The position numbers and the translations under genes are program-made. The notes under the pieces were generated by a model. It had not been told where the DNA came from and did not search any database. It was given only the letters and a program-made list of their open reading frames with translations. DNA of 64,000 bases from Octopus sinensis (lineage: Eukaryota): positions 8,804,001 through 8,868,000 of the forward strand of contig NC_043024.1 in assembly GCF_006345805.1 (NCBI RefSeq). The letters run 5' to 3'. Of the stretch, positions 1-12,454 are shown one piece after another (position 1 is the first letter of the stretch; every line of letters starts with the position of its first letter).

Positions 1-284
1 CGAAGAGGTGAAAATGCATCGTCATTAGCTCAGTGGCATCCTCTCTTGGACCCAAAGAACACAATGCACTGGCTGATCTGGGAATTGAAACCACTATCTT
101 ACAACCAATCGTGCACCACCACCACTACTATTACTATTACTACCATTATCATCACCACTACCACTACTATTACCATAACCACCACCACCACCACCACCAC
201 CATCACCACTACTACTATCACTACTACTACTGTCGCTATCAGCATTATTACTACTAATACCACCACCATCACCACCACTGTCAT

Positions 285-319
<35 letters not shown>

Positions 320-652
320 CCACCATCAACACCACCACCAATACGGCTACGAATTTCGCCCGGCATGCTAACATTTCTGCCAGCTTGCCACCTTTCATAT
401 ATATTTTACATATATTTCATGAAGTTTTTCTATATTTACCTTTGTTGCAATGAATGCCTTTCAGTGGGCATCAGAGAATGGAGGACACCTATGAGTGACT
501 TAGTAGTTAATCTGTCAGGTGGCCAAAGCATCAGGAGTAAAATTGGTTAAACAGAAACTGTGTGGAACCCTGCCAAATGAAGCACAATTAATTTAAAGAG
601 CCAACCTGGTCTCACACAAAATATGTAACCAATAAGAGGGAATGAAGAAACC

Positions 653-870
653 TGTGACCCACAGCAACCCACAGCGATCCACAGCGTCCCACAGCGGTTC
701 ACAGTGACCCACAGCGATCCACAATGACCCGCAGCGACCCACAGCAACCCACAGCGATCTACAGCGACCTGCAGCGATCCACAGTGATCCACAGCGACCC
801 ACAGCAATCCACAGCGACCCACAGCCACCCACAGCAATCCACAGCGACCCACAGCGCCCTCAGCAACCCA
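653..870. repeat. 10-bp minisatellite (cacagcgacc-like)
   Basis: About 20 consecutive variants of cacagcgacc / cacagcgatc / cacagcaatc. Confidence 0.9.
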
Positions 871-1003
871 CAGCTCCCTGTCAATAGAATTATTCATCAG
901 ATATTTAGTTTAATTTTGTTGTGATTTTCCACAATTTATTCAGCGAATGGTGAAGTTTTCTTAATAGTTGAGAAACATTCTGTTGAAACTCTGGCTATGC
1001 CCA

Positions 1004-1428
1004 GCGCAGGAGTGGCCGTGTGGTAAGTAGCTTGTTTACCAACCACATGGTTCCGGGTTCAGTCCCACTGCGTGGCACCTTGGGCAAGTGTCTTCTGCTA
1101 TAGCCCCGGGCCGACCAATGCCTTGTGAGTGGATTTGGTAGACGGAAACTGAAAGAAGCCTGTCGTATATATGTATATATATATGTATATGTATGTGTGT
1201 GTGTGTGTTTGTGTGTCTGTGTTTGTCCCCCTAGCATTGCTTGACAACCGATGCTGGTGTGCTTACGTCCCCGTCACTTAGCGGTTCGGCAAAAGAAACC
1301 GATAGAATAAGTACTGGGCTTACAAAAGAATAAGTCCCGGGGTCGATTTGCTCGACTAAAGGCGGTGTTGCAGCATGGCCGCAGTCAAATGACTGAAACA
1401 AGTAAAAGAGTAAAAAAGTAAAAAGAGC
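1004..1428 (+). mobile_element. tRNA-derived SINE family A (about 430 bp, central (TA)n(TG)n), representative of more than 20 copies
   Basis: Head ggcgcaggagtggctgtgtggtaag..ggttcagtcc, tail ggcggtgctccagcatggccgcagtcaaatgactgaaac. Approximate other copies: 1815-2210(-), 8900-9325(+), 13250-13715(-), 14060-14466(-), 16220-16640(+), 19120-19530(-), 20415-20815(+), 21280-21652(-), 22168-22635(+), 26945-27495(-), 36160-36520(-), 43792-44180(+), 51715-52260(+), 52300-52692(-), 55868-56570(+), 62550-63580(+, split). Confidence 0.9.
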
Positions 1429-2264
1429 AATGTGTCACACTGATTTTGTCCCAGAATTACATTAAGGCTACATATATCTATGGAATACCCAGCCCCAAAT
1501 TACACTATAATTAGATCCAGGACCTGTGATTAAAAGGCATAGCCATGTCACACTGGGTTAGATACTGATTCTACAGAACATGCGGATTAAGTAAATCTCA
1601 TGGTGTGAAGAATCAACATAGTACAATGTGCAGGGGAAGTAGAACACAACACAACGTGCGGTTGTCATAGTAACAGGCTGTTAAGGCCTCCCTGTCGGTT
1701 ACTTGGGCTAAAATTACCCCAATTTTTCCAACTTTAATTCCAAATAACATGAGATTCTTTAATTTACAAGCTAAAGTAAATTGGGTTTTTTTTCTTTTCT
1801 TTTGTTCTTTTTTTTTTTACTTGTTTCAGTCATTTGACTGCGGCCATGCTGGAGCACCGCCTTTTAGTCGAGCAACTCGACCCCGGGACTTATTCTTTGT
1901 AAGCCCAGTACTTATTCTATCGGTCTCTTTTGCCGAACCGCTAAGTGACGGGGACGTAAACACATCAGCATCGGTTGTCAAGCAATGCTAGGGGGACAAA
2001 CACAGACACACAAACACACATACACATAATATATATATACATATATACGACGGGCTTCTTTCAGTTTCCATTCTACCAAATCACTCACAAGGTTTTGTCG
2101 GCCCAAGGCTATAGTAGAAGACACTTGCCCAAGGTGCCACGCAGTGAGTCTGAACCCGGAACCATGGGGTTGATAAGCAAGCTACTTACCACACAGCCAC
2201 TCCTGCACCTATATATATATTATATATATATATATTATATATATATATATATATACATATATAC

Positions 2265-2310
<46 letters not shown>

Positions 2311-2629
2311 GTATATATGTAATATATATAATATATATATACACATATATACGACGCGCTTCTTTCGGTTTCCGTCTACCAAATCCACTCACAAGGCTTT
2401 GGTCGGCCCGGGGCTATAGTAGAAGACACTTGCCCAAGGTGCCACGCAGTGGGACTGAACCCAGAACCATGTGGTTGGTAAACAAGCTACTTACCACACA
2501 GCCACTCCTGGTTGATCTTAATCAAAGTTCAAAGTTACATTGATACACCAAAATTGAAAGCAATCTGAGCAAAATTAAAGGGGGCTGATTTAGTGAATCA
2601 GTGTAACTAGACCCTTCAGAATTCACGCA

Positions 2630-3535
2630 TGAACACACACATACACAGAATTACACACACACAATCACAAACACACACACTCACCTCTCTCTTGCACTCT
2701 AAAACAAACAGTGACACTATTACACACAAACACATACTTATACACTAGCACACACAATCATACAAGTACACACTCAAACACACACCTGCACTAACATACA
2801 AATACACACACACATATAGACACTAACACAGACATACTCACATATACTAAGACACAAACTCACACACATGCACGCACACACATGCACAGATATGTACATA
2901 TACACATTAAGAGACTTGCACTAACACACTTTCTCTCTCTCACACACACACACTTGCATCAGCACACATACACACACACAAATATGTATATACACATACT
3001 AAGACATTTGCACTAAAACACACCCATTTGCACACACTCACACAACACACACACACACAAACACACACACACGCACAAACCACACACACAAAACACACCA
3101 CACAACACAACACAACACACAACACACTCAAACACACACCCACACAAACACACACAAACACTCAAACACACACACCACAAAAACACAACACACACTCAAA
3201 CACACACACACGCACCACACCCCACACACACACCCAAAAACACACACAAACACACAAACCACACACACACACAAAACACACCAAACACACACCACACACA
3301 AACACACACAAACACACACACACAAACCACACACACAAACACACACACACCCACTCAAACACACACAACACACAAAACACACCACACACACACACTACAA
3401 ACACACACAAAAACACACACACTCAACACAACACACACACACACTCAAACACACACACACGCACAAACACACACACACACACAACACACACACACAACAC
3501 AAAAACACACACACTCACACAACACACACACACGC
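2630..3535. repeat. Degenerate (CA)-rich low-complexity tract
   Basis: Imperfect (AC)n; similar simple tracts at 110-340, 15355-15655, 28020-28620, 34095-34250, 58800-59110, 60200-60390. Confidence 0.9.
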
Positions 3536-3654
3536 TTTAAAAGTTGAGCATGTTTTGTTAACATCCAGAATTCACAGGGTTTCACAATAACACAAAACTG
3601 TCTTCAAAAACACTTAGTAATGGCCATTTTCATAAATTCTTTATTCAACAGTAG

Positions 3655-3691
<37 letters not shown>

Positions 3692-3889
3692 CTTGTGTGT
3701 GCGTGTATTTGAGTCTGTGTGAATTTCTGCATATGTGCATATGGCTATGGTTAGCCTGTCTCTGTGGGTCTTTGTGTATCTATGTGTTTGGGGTGTCTAT
3801 GCATAAATACACACGTATATGTGTACCTGGATGTCTGTCCTGAAACAATGTTTTTTCAACCAATAATGGACTACTAGAAACTCTACGTA

Positions 3890-3934
<45 letters not shown>

Positions 3935-4249
3935 TGTAAAATGAACCATATGTGACCTGGTTATTTTATGAAAAGATCGAATTGTGATACATGTTTGCCA
4001 TAGGCTGAGTACGAAGGTGAGTTATGATGTAGTTATCAGTTTTCATTTATAACATTTCATACATTCACTTAGCAGTTCAGCAAAAAAGATCAACAGAACT
4101 AGGCTTTAAAAAAACAAGCACTGGGGTCGATTCATCTGGTTAAACATCAAGGGGGTACCCCCAGCATAGCTATAGTCTAATGACTGAAACAAGTAAAAGA
4201 ATAACAGAATATATATGTGCATATATATACATATATACATACATACATA

Positions 4250-4830
4250 CATCATCATCATCATCGTTTAATGTCCGTTCTCCATACTAGCATAGGTTGG
4301 ACGGTTCGATCGGGGATCTGGGAAGCCAGGAGGCTGCACCAGGCTCCAGTCTGATCTGGCAGTGTTTCTACAGCTGGATGCCCTTCCTAACGCCAACCAC
4401 TCCGTGAGTGTAGTGGGTGCTTTTTACGTGCCACCTGCACAGGTGCCAGACGAGGCTGGCAAACGGCCACAGTCGGATGGTGCTTTTTACATGCCACCAG
4501 CACGGGGGCCAGGCGAGGCTGGTAACGGCCATGATCAGATGGTGCTTTTTATGTGTCACCGGCATGGAAGCCAGTCAAGGCGGCGCTGGCATCGGCCACG
4601 TTTGGATGGTGCTTATTATGTGCCACCAGCACGGAATCCAGTCAAGGCGGCGCTGGCATCAGCCATGTTCGGAGGGTGCTTTTTACGTGCCACCAGCACA
4701 GGGATCACAACTGCAGTTTCCATTGATTTTTGATGTTGGTGTCCTTGACTCAATGGATCTCCTCAAGCACAGGGTCGAAACGGTGTTTCTTTACTAGCCA
4801 CCTGCACAGGAGTCAGTCCAGCAGCCCTGG
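4250..4830 (-). mobile_element. Non-autonomous retroelement family E with (GAT)n tail and internal ~52-bp repeats
   Basis: ctggatgcccttcctaacgccaacc..gtgctttttacgtgccacc repeats, (CAT)n on +; copies about 11310-12070, 16690-16910, 25200-25380, 32370-32950, 41000-41240 (opposite strand), 49570-50160. Confidence 0.75.
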
Positions 4831-5134
4831 CGACTGCTGGGTGCCAGTCATAGGATTGGTTCAATTTCGATTCCGATTTCACTTGCCCCAACAGGTCTTC
4901 GCAAACATATATATATATATGTATATATATATTGTTGTATTTAGGAATGGTCATTTTGCCAGTTTAGCCAATAAAAACACACGCACTATATATTTGGTGT
5001 TATTTTTGCTTCAGCGTTATTCATTTTTTTACATTAATCTTAATCTTATTTCGGTCTGAGTTCTTTCGTCACACTGTACAACACACTAGAACAAATAAAC
5101 CAAACAACAAACTTAGAAATTATGATGTCCCCTA

Positions 5135-6120
5135 GTACAACCCAATCTTTGATTCACATATTTCAACCAAGATCGCTAGGAAATTTTTTGCTGCTTTAGA
5201 CAGATGTTACCCTAAATCTAATAGATACCATGCTATTTATAATAGACACACTGTGAAGGTATCTTATGCTAATTCTATTAATTTAGAGCAGCGTATGTAC
5301 CGCATAAACAAAACTAAAATGAGACAACAGGTCAATAACCCACCTACTAGAACTAGCAAATATGTGCATCAAAATATCAACAAAAGATATGTAAACTGCA
5401 TTGAAGAGCATCAGATACAACCAAAGCATGATAGTAGAAATGATTGTGATATAGCTAACAGGGTAACATTGGAACAAATATAGTATTATTGGACGCTCAG
5501 GAAGGAAGGGAAGAAGGAGGGTTTTACGATTCGAGTGGAGCTCTTCGTCAGAAACATAGGAAAAGGAAAGATCCAGAGAAGGGAAGACGGAGGTAAAAAA
5601 AATCGCCAATATATATATATAGGGATGGTATTATTAAAATACCATCACAAGTGGTAAGCGAATTATCAGCCGTACAGGCAAATAAATAAAATATATACAT
5701 ACAATATTAGATATGTACATATATACACAAGGGTACTACATGAGTACCTATATCGCAAAATATATACAATTAAATATAATAGATGCTCATGCAGAGAAAA
5801 ATCAAAATGTCCATTGATGAACAACTGTATGAGAACAAATCTTGAATATAGATATACTGTGTGCACAAGGGAAGGGTCAGATGTTTACACTGGGGCAACA
5901 GCTGATTTGTTCAAGAATCATTATCACACCATGTCACCAGCCTCAAGAAAATCAATAAGAGATATTCAACATCCTTGGCCAAGTTTGTGTGGCAGCTTAA
6001 GGAAGATAAAATGAAATAAAACAAAACTTGGTCCATAGTAAGGCATGCAAAACCATATAATATCTTTCCCAACTCTGCTCCAAAGAATCCCTGTCTATTC
6101 TGTAGATTAATGAGGTCATT
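5135..6120 (+). mobile_element. Penelope-like element remnant (RT-EN linker and GIY-YIG endonuclease), interrupted
   Basis: YNPIFDSHISTKIARKFFAALDRCYPK..HAIYNRHTVKVSY, then CSCREKSKCPLMNNC..LEY..YTGAT..FK and TSLAKFVWQLKE..WSIVRHAKPY; resembles Naiad/Neptune-type PLE C-termini; stops and frameshifts. Confidence 0.75.
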
Positions 6121-6921
6121 AATAGACTTTCTGGGTCTTTTCGGTTTGAACGGCAGTTTTTTCTAGCGGTGTCATATGAAATTGTCACCAATAATTATGA
6201 CCCTAGTATCGATCTATTGCATTTCAATATATTTTAGCGTTAGGGTTAGTTAGGGTTAGGGATGGGGGAAGGATATCTTTTTTACTTCAGAAATGTAAAT
6301 AAACCCAATCTGTTTCTTAAATAAGGGACATTTTCATAAGGCACAGAATGTTTTCACCTCAATAAACGTCATTGATTGGTTGAAATGCTCCTGAACCAGT
6401 TATTGGGCATCTCACCCATGAGAAATCGATGCTAGATGAGTCATAACAATTGTAGTGATTAATAAAAACTCTCATATCTTCCATCTTCCATTAACCAAAT
6501 ATTTATATATAATGAACACTGTAAAAGTGACCGTGCTTTACCAGTAAGCTACCAAGTATAAACCATTCGTTTCATTATCTAATATATAAGATATATATAT
6601 ATATATATTGTTATTTTATTATTATTATTGTTTCTACATATTATTATTATTGTTGTTTTTACGTGTTATTTTTGTATTCATATTCGTGTAACATCATCCA
6701 TTTTTCCGTCCTTGTTGTGTATACATTCGAAGCTTTCTTCCAAGGAATCTAATGCGCTTAGCTTAGTTTTTCTTTGGGCCTGGCCAGATCGGAGCAATCT
6801 CAAGATTAATCAACCGAAATTGTGAAGATGATCCGTTCTTGACTGAAGATTGAAGGCTTCGAATGTCCCGTCCGTGTTTTTTGTATCATCTCCTAAATGT
6901 TTTGCATTCTTGTCCCAGTTT

Positions 6922-6955
<34 letters not shown>

Positions 6956-7055
6956 NNNNNNNNNNNNNNNNNNNNNNNNNNNNNNNNNNNNNNNNNNNNN
7001 NNNNNNNNNNNNNNNNNNNNNNNNNNNNNNNNNNNNNNNNNNNNNNNNNNNNNNN
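6956..7055. other. Assembly gap (100 N)
   Basis: Run of exactly 100 N between (TA)n tracts; true size probably unknown. Confidence 0.98.
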
Positions 7056-7058
7056 ATA

Positions 7059-7094
<36 letters not shown>

Positions 7095-7108
7095 TGTATG
7101 TATATATA

Positions 7109-8314
7109 CAGGGGTTGGACAAAATTTATATAAAACTGTCAAAAGCTTGTTTACTTTTATGTTTTTTGAAATATTATTAGTGTTGCTTAATATGTTTTGC
7201 TAAAATTGCTGTTTCTTTTCAGATATCATCAGAAAAAGGTAATTAAAATTCATTAAAATGACAGATCTATCAGACTTTCAAAAAGGTCAAATTATTGGTG
7301 TTCATATGGCAGGCGCTAGCGTAACGAAAACAGCCGAAATGTTTGGTGTATCAAGAAGTACTGTCTCAGAAGTAATGACAGCCTTTGAGAAAGAGGGAAA
7401 ACCCTCCTTGTTGAAAAAAGACTCCGGAAGAAAACCAAAACTTTCAGATAGGGACCATCAGACTCTTATACGAATTGTTAGAAAGGATCACAAAGTGCAG
7501 CTCCCAAAATTACTGCAGAGCTTAATGACCACCTGGGAATCCAGTTTCCACAAAAACTGTTTACCAGAAGCTGCACAAAGCCGGATTTCATGGGAGGGCT
7601 GCAAACCACTATTTTCAAAAACAAATGTTGCAAAGCGTTTAAAGTGGAGTAAAAACCCTAGAGAAGAGAAAGAATGTTATTTTCTCAGACTTTACCTTAT
7701 TTTCGACCACTGGTTGTGTATACATGTGGAGACAGCCAAAAGAAGCATTTAACCCAGACTGTCTTCTTCCAACTGTTAAACATGCAGAAGGATCTGTGAT
7801 GATCTGGGAGGTGGGGCTATATCTTGGAAATCTGCCGGCCTAATAGTTTCCCTTCATGGCGGAATTAATAGTCAAGACTATTTAAGCATTTGATCTGATC
7901 AAATTCATCCTATGGTTGCGGAATTGTTTCTGGAGGGAAACACAATCTCTCAGGATGATAATGCACCAATTCACACAGCTAAAGTTGTTACTGAATGTCA
8001 CGAGGAACATTCTAGCGAAGCTGAACATCTTATCTGGCCACTGCAGTCCCCAGATCTCAATATTATTGAACATTTATGGTGCATTTTAGAAAAGCAAGTA
8101 AGGAGTCAATATCCTCCACCATCATCACTGCAAGAACTGGAGATTGTTTTAGCTGAAGAATGAACAAAAATTCCTTTGGAAACAATTCAAACTTTGTACG
8201 AGTCCATACCTCATAGAATTCAAGCTGTAATTACTGCAAAAAACAGTCCTACCCCATATTAAAATAAATTTGTTTGAAATTTTAAGGTGTTTCCATTATC
8301 TTGTCCAACCCCTG
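7109..8314 (+). mobile_element. Tc1/mariner element, decayed transposase, DD36E spacing
   Basis: TIRs caggggttggacaa / ttgtccaacccctg flanked by TA; HTH ORF 7258-7752; VIFSD and QDDNAPIHTA...SPDLNIIE motifs; frameshifts and stops. Confidence 0.92.
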
Positions 8315-10512
8315 TATATATGTATCAGTTGAATAAAGTTACAACATGGTCTGGTTTTCACATTTTTTATCATTGTATTGAAAAAAAAAATTTTACAATG
8401 TTGAAGTGTGTTAAACATTTAAAAATATAGTACAAGTAGAAAGATATATTTTTCAATGCATAAGTACTGACAGAATAGCATATGTATAGGATAAAATCCT
8501 TACATGTAAGGATTTTATCCTATACATATGCTATTCAATCAGTACAAATGACATAATTGTAAAAAATATATTTGTAGTATTTTTTAAATGTCTTCATTTT
8601 GGCACACTAGTGCCGGAAATAACTTTGCAGATAATAAATTACCGCAGTTAATTTACCGGTTGGAGAACATTGCTATTTTGAATTAGATAATGAGAGTAGA
8701 ATTTGATATCAATCAATTAACATCAATTTAAACCAGTGGTCCAGCATATTAAAAAAAAATCCGAAGATTTAAAAATTATATAACAATTAATGAGGAATGA
8801 CCATTAAAGTGGATTCTTATATGCTAAAGATAGATGTCAAATCGCCTTACCACGAAGAGAATGATCTCAAGAAAAAAATCTCAGCAAATGCTGTATATAT
8901 AGGCGCATGAGTGGCTGTGTGGCATAGGCGCATGAATGGCTGTGTGGTAAGTAGCTTGCTTACCAACCACATGGTTCCAGGTTCAGTCCCACTGCATGGC
9001 ACCTTGGGCAAGTGTCTTCTACTATAACCTCGGGCTGATCAAAGCCTTGTGAGTGGATTTGGTAGATGAAAACTGAAAGAAGCCCATCATATATATGTAT
9101 ATATATATGTGTGTGTATGTTTGTGTGTCTGTGTTTGTCCCCCCCACCAACACCGCTTGGCAACCGATGCTGGTGTGTTTACGTCCCTGTAACTTAGCAG
9201 TTCGGCAAAAGAGACTGACAGAATAAGTACTAGGCTCACAAAGAATAAGTCCTGCGGTCGATTTGCTCGACTAAAGGTGGTGCTCCAGCATGGCCACAGT
9301 CAAATGACTGAAACAAGTAAAGAGTATATATATATATATCTATACAACTCTGCCATCAAATTCCACAAAATATTTCATCATCACCGCCTTATTTCTATGA
9401 AACTATTCGTCACCATACTTGCCCTAATAACTACCAAACAGGATGTATTGATGACTTGAATTTAGAAACACCCTTTTGTCGAGTTTTAATTTGTCAAAAA
9501 AGCTTTATTTATAACATTATTAATACACAGAATAATATTTGACAACAAAAGCAAAAACAAAACAAAAAATTTTTTTCACTGTCAAATTTTAAAAATTCGT
9601 TAAAGTGAACTCATTTATAAACTTTGTTTTATTGACCTACAGTATTTATAATATTTGGAATTTATATCTGTAAAACATCAAGGTGCAATGGCCTGGTATT
9701 CGATGTAAATTGGATTGCTATCTCTTTTACTTGCTTCAGTCATTTGACTGCGGCCATGCTGGAGCACCGCCTTTAATCGAGCAACTCGACCCCGGGACTT
9801 ATTCTTTTGTAAGCCCAGTACTTATTCTATCGGTTTCTTTTGCCGAACCGCTAAGTGACGGGGACATAAACACACCAGCATCAGTTGTCAAGCAATGCTA
9901 GGGGGACAAACACAGACACAAACACACACACACAAACACATATATATATATATATATGTATATATAAAGTTAATCCAAACAAGAAGCACAAAAAAAACAC
10001 AACGCGAGGACTTGGAACCAAATAGTATTAATTGGACGCTCAGGAAAGAAGGAAAGAAGGAGGGTTTAACGTTTCGAGCGGAGCTCTTCATCGGAAACAT
10101 AGGAGAAGGAAAGATCCAGAGAAAGGAAGACAGAGGAAAAAAATCGCCAACAGTACACACAAGGTCACATTTTGAAAGACCAGAAGGAAAAGGGTGAAGA
10201 TATATATATATATATATATATATATTTAAGTAGTTGAATGAATTATCCTAGTATGGATAATTCGGTTAACCGATACCTGGGTAGCAAATTCACGTCAGAA
10301 AAACACGGTTGAAGCTACATGCCAAGGGCAGAGACCACGTGCTTTCGTGTGGAAATTTGTGTGTTTTTTAATACAGATAAATGAAAGAATGGAGTTGAAC
10401 GACGATTTAACAAAATTCCTTTATTCTCGACATATGTTTCGAAGGCTGCATATTCCTAATTCCGAGCGGGCAGTCATCTTAGAGTTTTTGTTCATCTTGA
10501 AGCTGACATAAG

Positions 10513-10612
10513 TTCCTTGTCTCTCCTGATGAGAAGGCAGCATAATGCACCCCTTTATTCCTTCGGAATTGAGAATATGCAGTCTTCGAAACATATGTCG
10601 AGAATAAAGGAA
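10513..10612 (+). ncRNA. Type I hammerhead ribozyme motif
   Basis: Stem I ttccttgtctctc/gagaataaaggaa; core CTGATGA 10526-10532; stem II gaaggc-gcata/tatgc-gtcttc; GAAAC-atat-GTC, predicted cut after 10599. Confidence 0.75.
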
Positions 10613-10645
10613 TTTTGTTAAATCGTCGTTCAACTCCATTCTTTC

Positions 10646-10684
<39 letters not shown>

Positions 10685-11059
10685 ACAGGCTTCTTTCAGT
10701 TTCCGTCTACCAAATCCACTCACAAAGCTTTGGTCAGCCCGAGGCTATAGTAGAAGACACTTGCCCAAGGTGCCACGCAGTGGGACTGAACCTGGAACCA
10801 TGTGGTGGGTAAGCAAGCTACTTACCACATAGCCACTCCTACATGTATATATACATATATATGACGGGCTTCTTTCAGTTTCCGTCTACCAAATCCACTC
10901 ACAAGGCTTTGGTCAGCCCGAGGCAATAGCAGAAGACACTTGCCCAAGGTGCCACGCATTGGGACTGAACCCGGAACCATGTGGTTGGTAAACAAGCTAC
11001 TTACCACACAGCCACTCCTGCGCCTACAAATTTATTTATATATTTCATTTATTTATATC

Positions 11060-11245
11060 TGCATTTGTGAAAATCTGCCCATTTTTTTGTTCTAATGGAT
11101 CTGCCCGCATGCATGTAGTGACACGTTCCACATCTGTTATCATTACACTCGGATACTGTGAATGTTTTATCCTGTTTGTTCACGTTGAATTTTGCCTTTG
11201 TTAATAGTGTCTTTGGGTTTTGTGGCTGCCTTTTGCTTAAGATAA
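11060..11245 (-). mobile_element. Penelope-like element linker fragment
   Basis: RQPQNPKTLLTKAKF...SECNDNRCGTCHYM resembles the R.P.NL...L..AK...C...RC.TC linker preceding the PLE GIY-YIG domain. Confidence 0.5.
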
Positions 11246-12357
11246 GTGTTTGATTAGTAATTATGTTTTTTTTTATTTTTCACTTTGTTTCATGATTGGC
11301 AAATTTGTTTCAATCATCATCATCATCATCATAGTCATTTAATGTCTGCTTTCCATGCTAGCATGGGTTGGATGATTTTGACTGAGGGCTGGCGAACCAG
11401 ATGGTTGCACAAGGCTCCAAATTCGATTTGGCAGAGTTTCTACAGCTGGATGCCCTTCCTAACGCCAACCACTTCATGAGTGTAGTGGGTGCTTTTTACA
11501 TGCCACCGGCACAGGTGCCAGGGGAGGCTGGCAAACGGCCACGCTCGGATGGCGCTTTTTACGTGCCACCGGCATGGAGGCCAGGCGAGGCTGGCAAAAT
11601 AATAACAATAACAACAACAACAATAAAAAGATAGTTGCACCAGTCTCCAATCTTGATCTGGCAGAGTTTCTACAGCTGGATGCCCTTCCTAACGCCAACC
11701 ACTCCAAGAGTGTAGTGGGTGCTTTTTACCTGCCATACCAGTTATGGTTTCTCAACCGAATATTTTACGGCAGTAAGTCCCAAATCACGTGGAATGTTTG
11801 GATATAAGTTTCATCATCATCATCATCATCATCATTTAGCGTCCCCTTTCGATGCTAGCATGGGTTGGATGGTTCAACTGAGGTCTGGGAAGCCAGAAGG
11901 CTGCACCAGGCCAGAAGGCTGCACAGCTGGATGCCCTTCCTAACGCCAACCACTCCATGAGTGTAGTGGGTGCTTTTTACGTGCCACCGACACAGTTGCC
12001 AGACGAGGCTGGCGAACGGCCACGGTCGGATGGTGCTTTTTATGTGCCACCGGCACGGGGGCCAGGCGAGGTTGGCATCAAAACTAACAGCAAAGTGGAT
12101 TCTGTTGTTTTGGGCAGATGTGAAACTGATGTCATCCCAAATAAAATATCAATTGCTAAAAAGCATTCGTGAAGTAAAATCATGTAGCAAAACCGAATGG
12201 CGGTGCCCCAGCATGGCCACAGTTCGTGAGCTGAAACTAGATGAAAATGATGACAAAAAAAAATAATTATATATTTAATTGAAAGCATCCTTTTTCCTGA
12301 AACTTTTGGCCTTGCAAACCTTTATAAACCATCGATGTCTATGTTTGATAGTTTCAG

Positions 12358-12454
12358 GTGAAAGTCTCAAAGGAGGAACAAAGAAAATATTTATATGAAG
12401 CCCGCCACCAATGTAACATTTCAAGTGACGAGGTTTCAAGTTCGAATCCAGAAG
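12358..12454 (+). CDS. Class B1 GPCR (PTH-receptor-like), ectodomain exon with first Cys
   Basis: tttcag|GTG...GAAG|gttggt; VKVSKEEQRKYLYEARHQCNISSDEVSSSNPE, resembling the TKEEQ..L..A..QC helix of PTH receptors; 97 nt, phase 0 to 1, joins in frame to the next exon. Confidence 0.85.

Noticed and set aside
33-453. Poly-T/H/Y/V, CV, IY and HT-rich ORFs (also 2940-3540, 15349-15660, 27823-28687, 34017-34365, 60081-60553)
   Set aside because: Translations of microsatellites; open only because the repeat lacks stop codons
1975-2322. Recurrent ORFs such as [15 protein letters not shown].. and MLGGQTQTH..
   Set aside because: Chance frames through SINE-A copies on either strand; no protein signature
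4004-4016. Possible 13-nt microexon (tag|gctgagtacgaag|gtgagt)
   Set aside because: Strong donor but weak acceptor. The junction it first seemed to fill is explained by exon 12358-12454, and it lies across the assembly gap
4400-4700. Regularly spaced gtgctttttacgtgccacc repeats resembling a CRISPR array
   Set aside because: Spacers are homologous to each other, the array is internal to a dispersed retroelement, and the context is eukaryotic with no cas genes
6720-6870. CTGAAGA..GAAT motif and short cattcgaagc/gcttcgaatg inverted pair
   Set aside because: No GAAA core or consistent stems; too short to interpret
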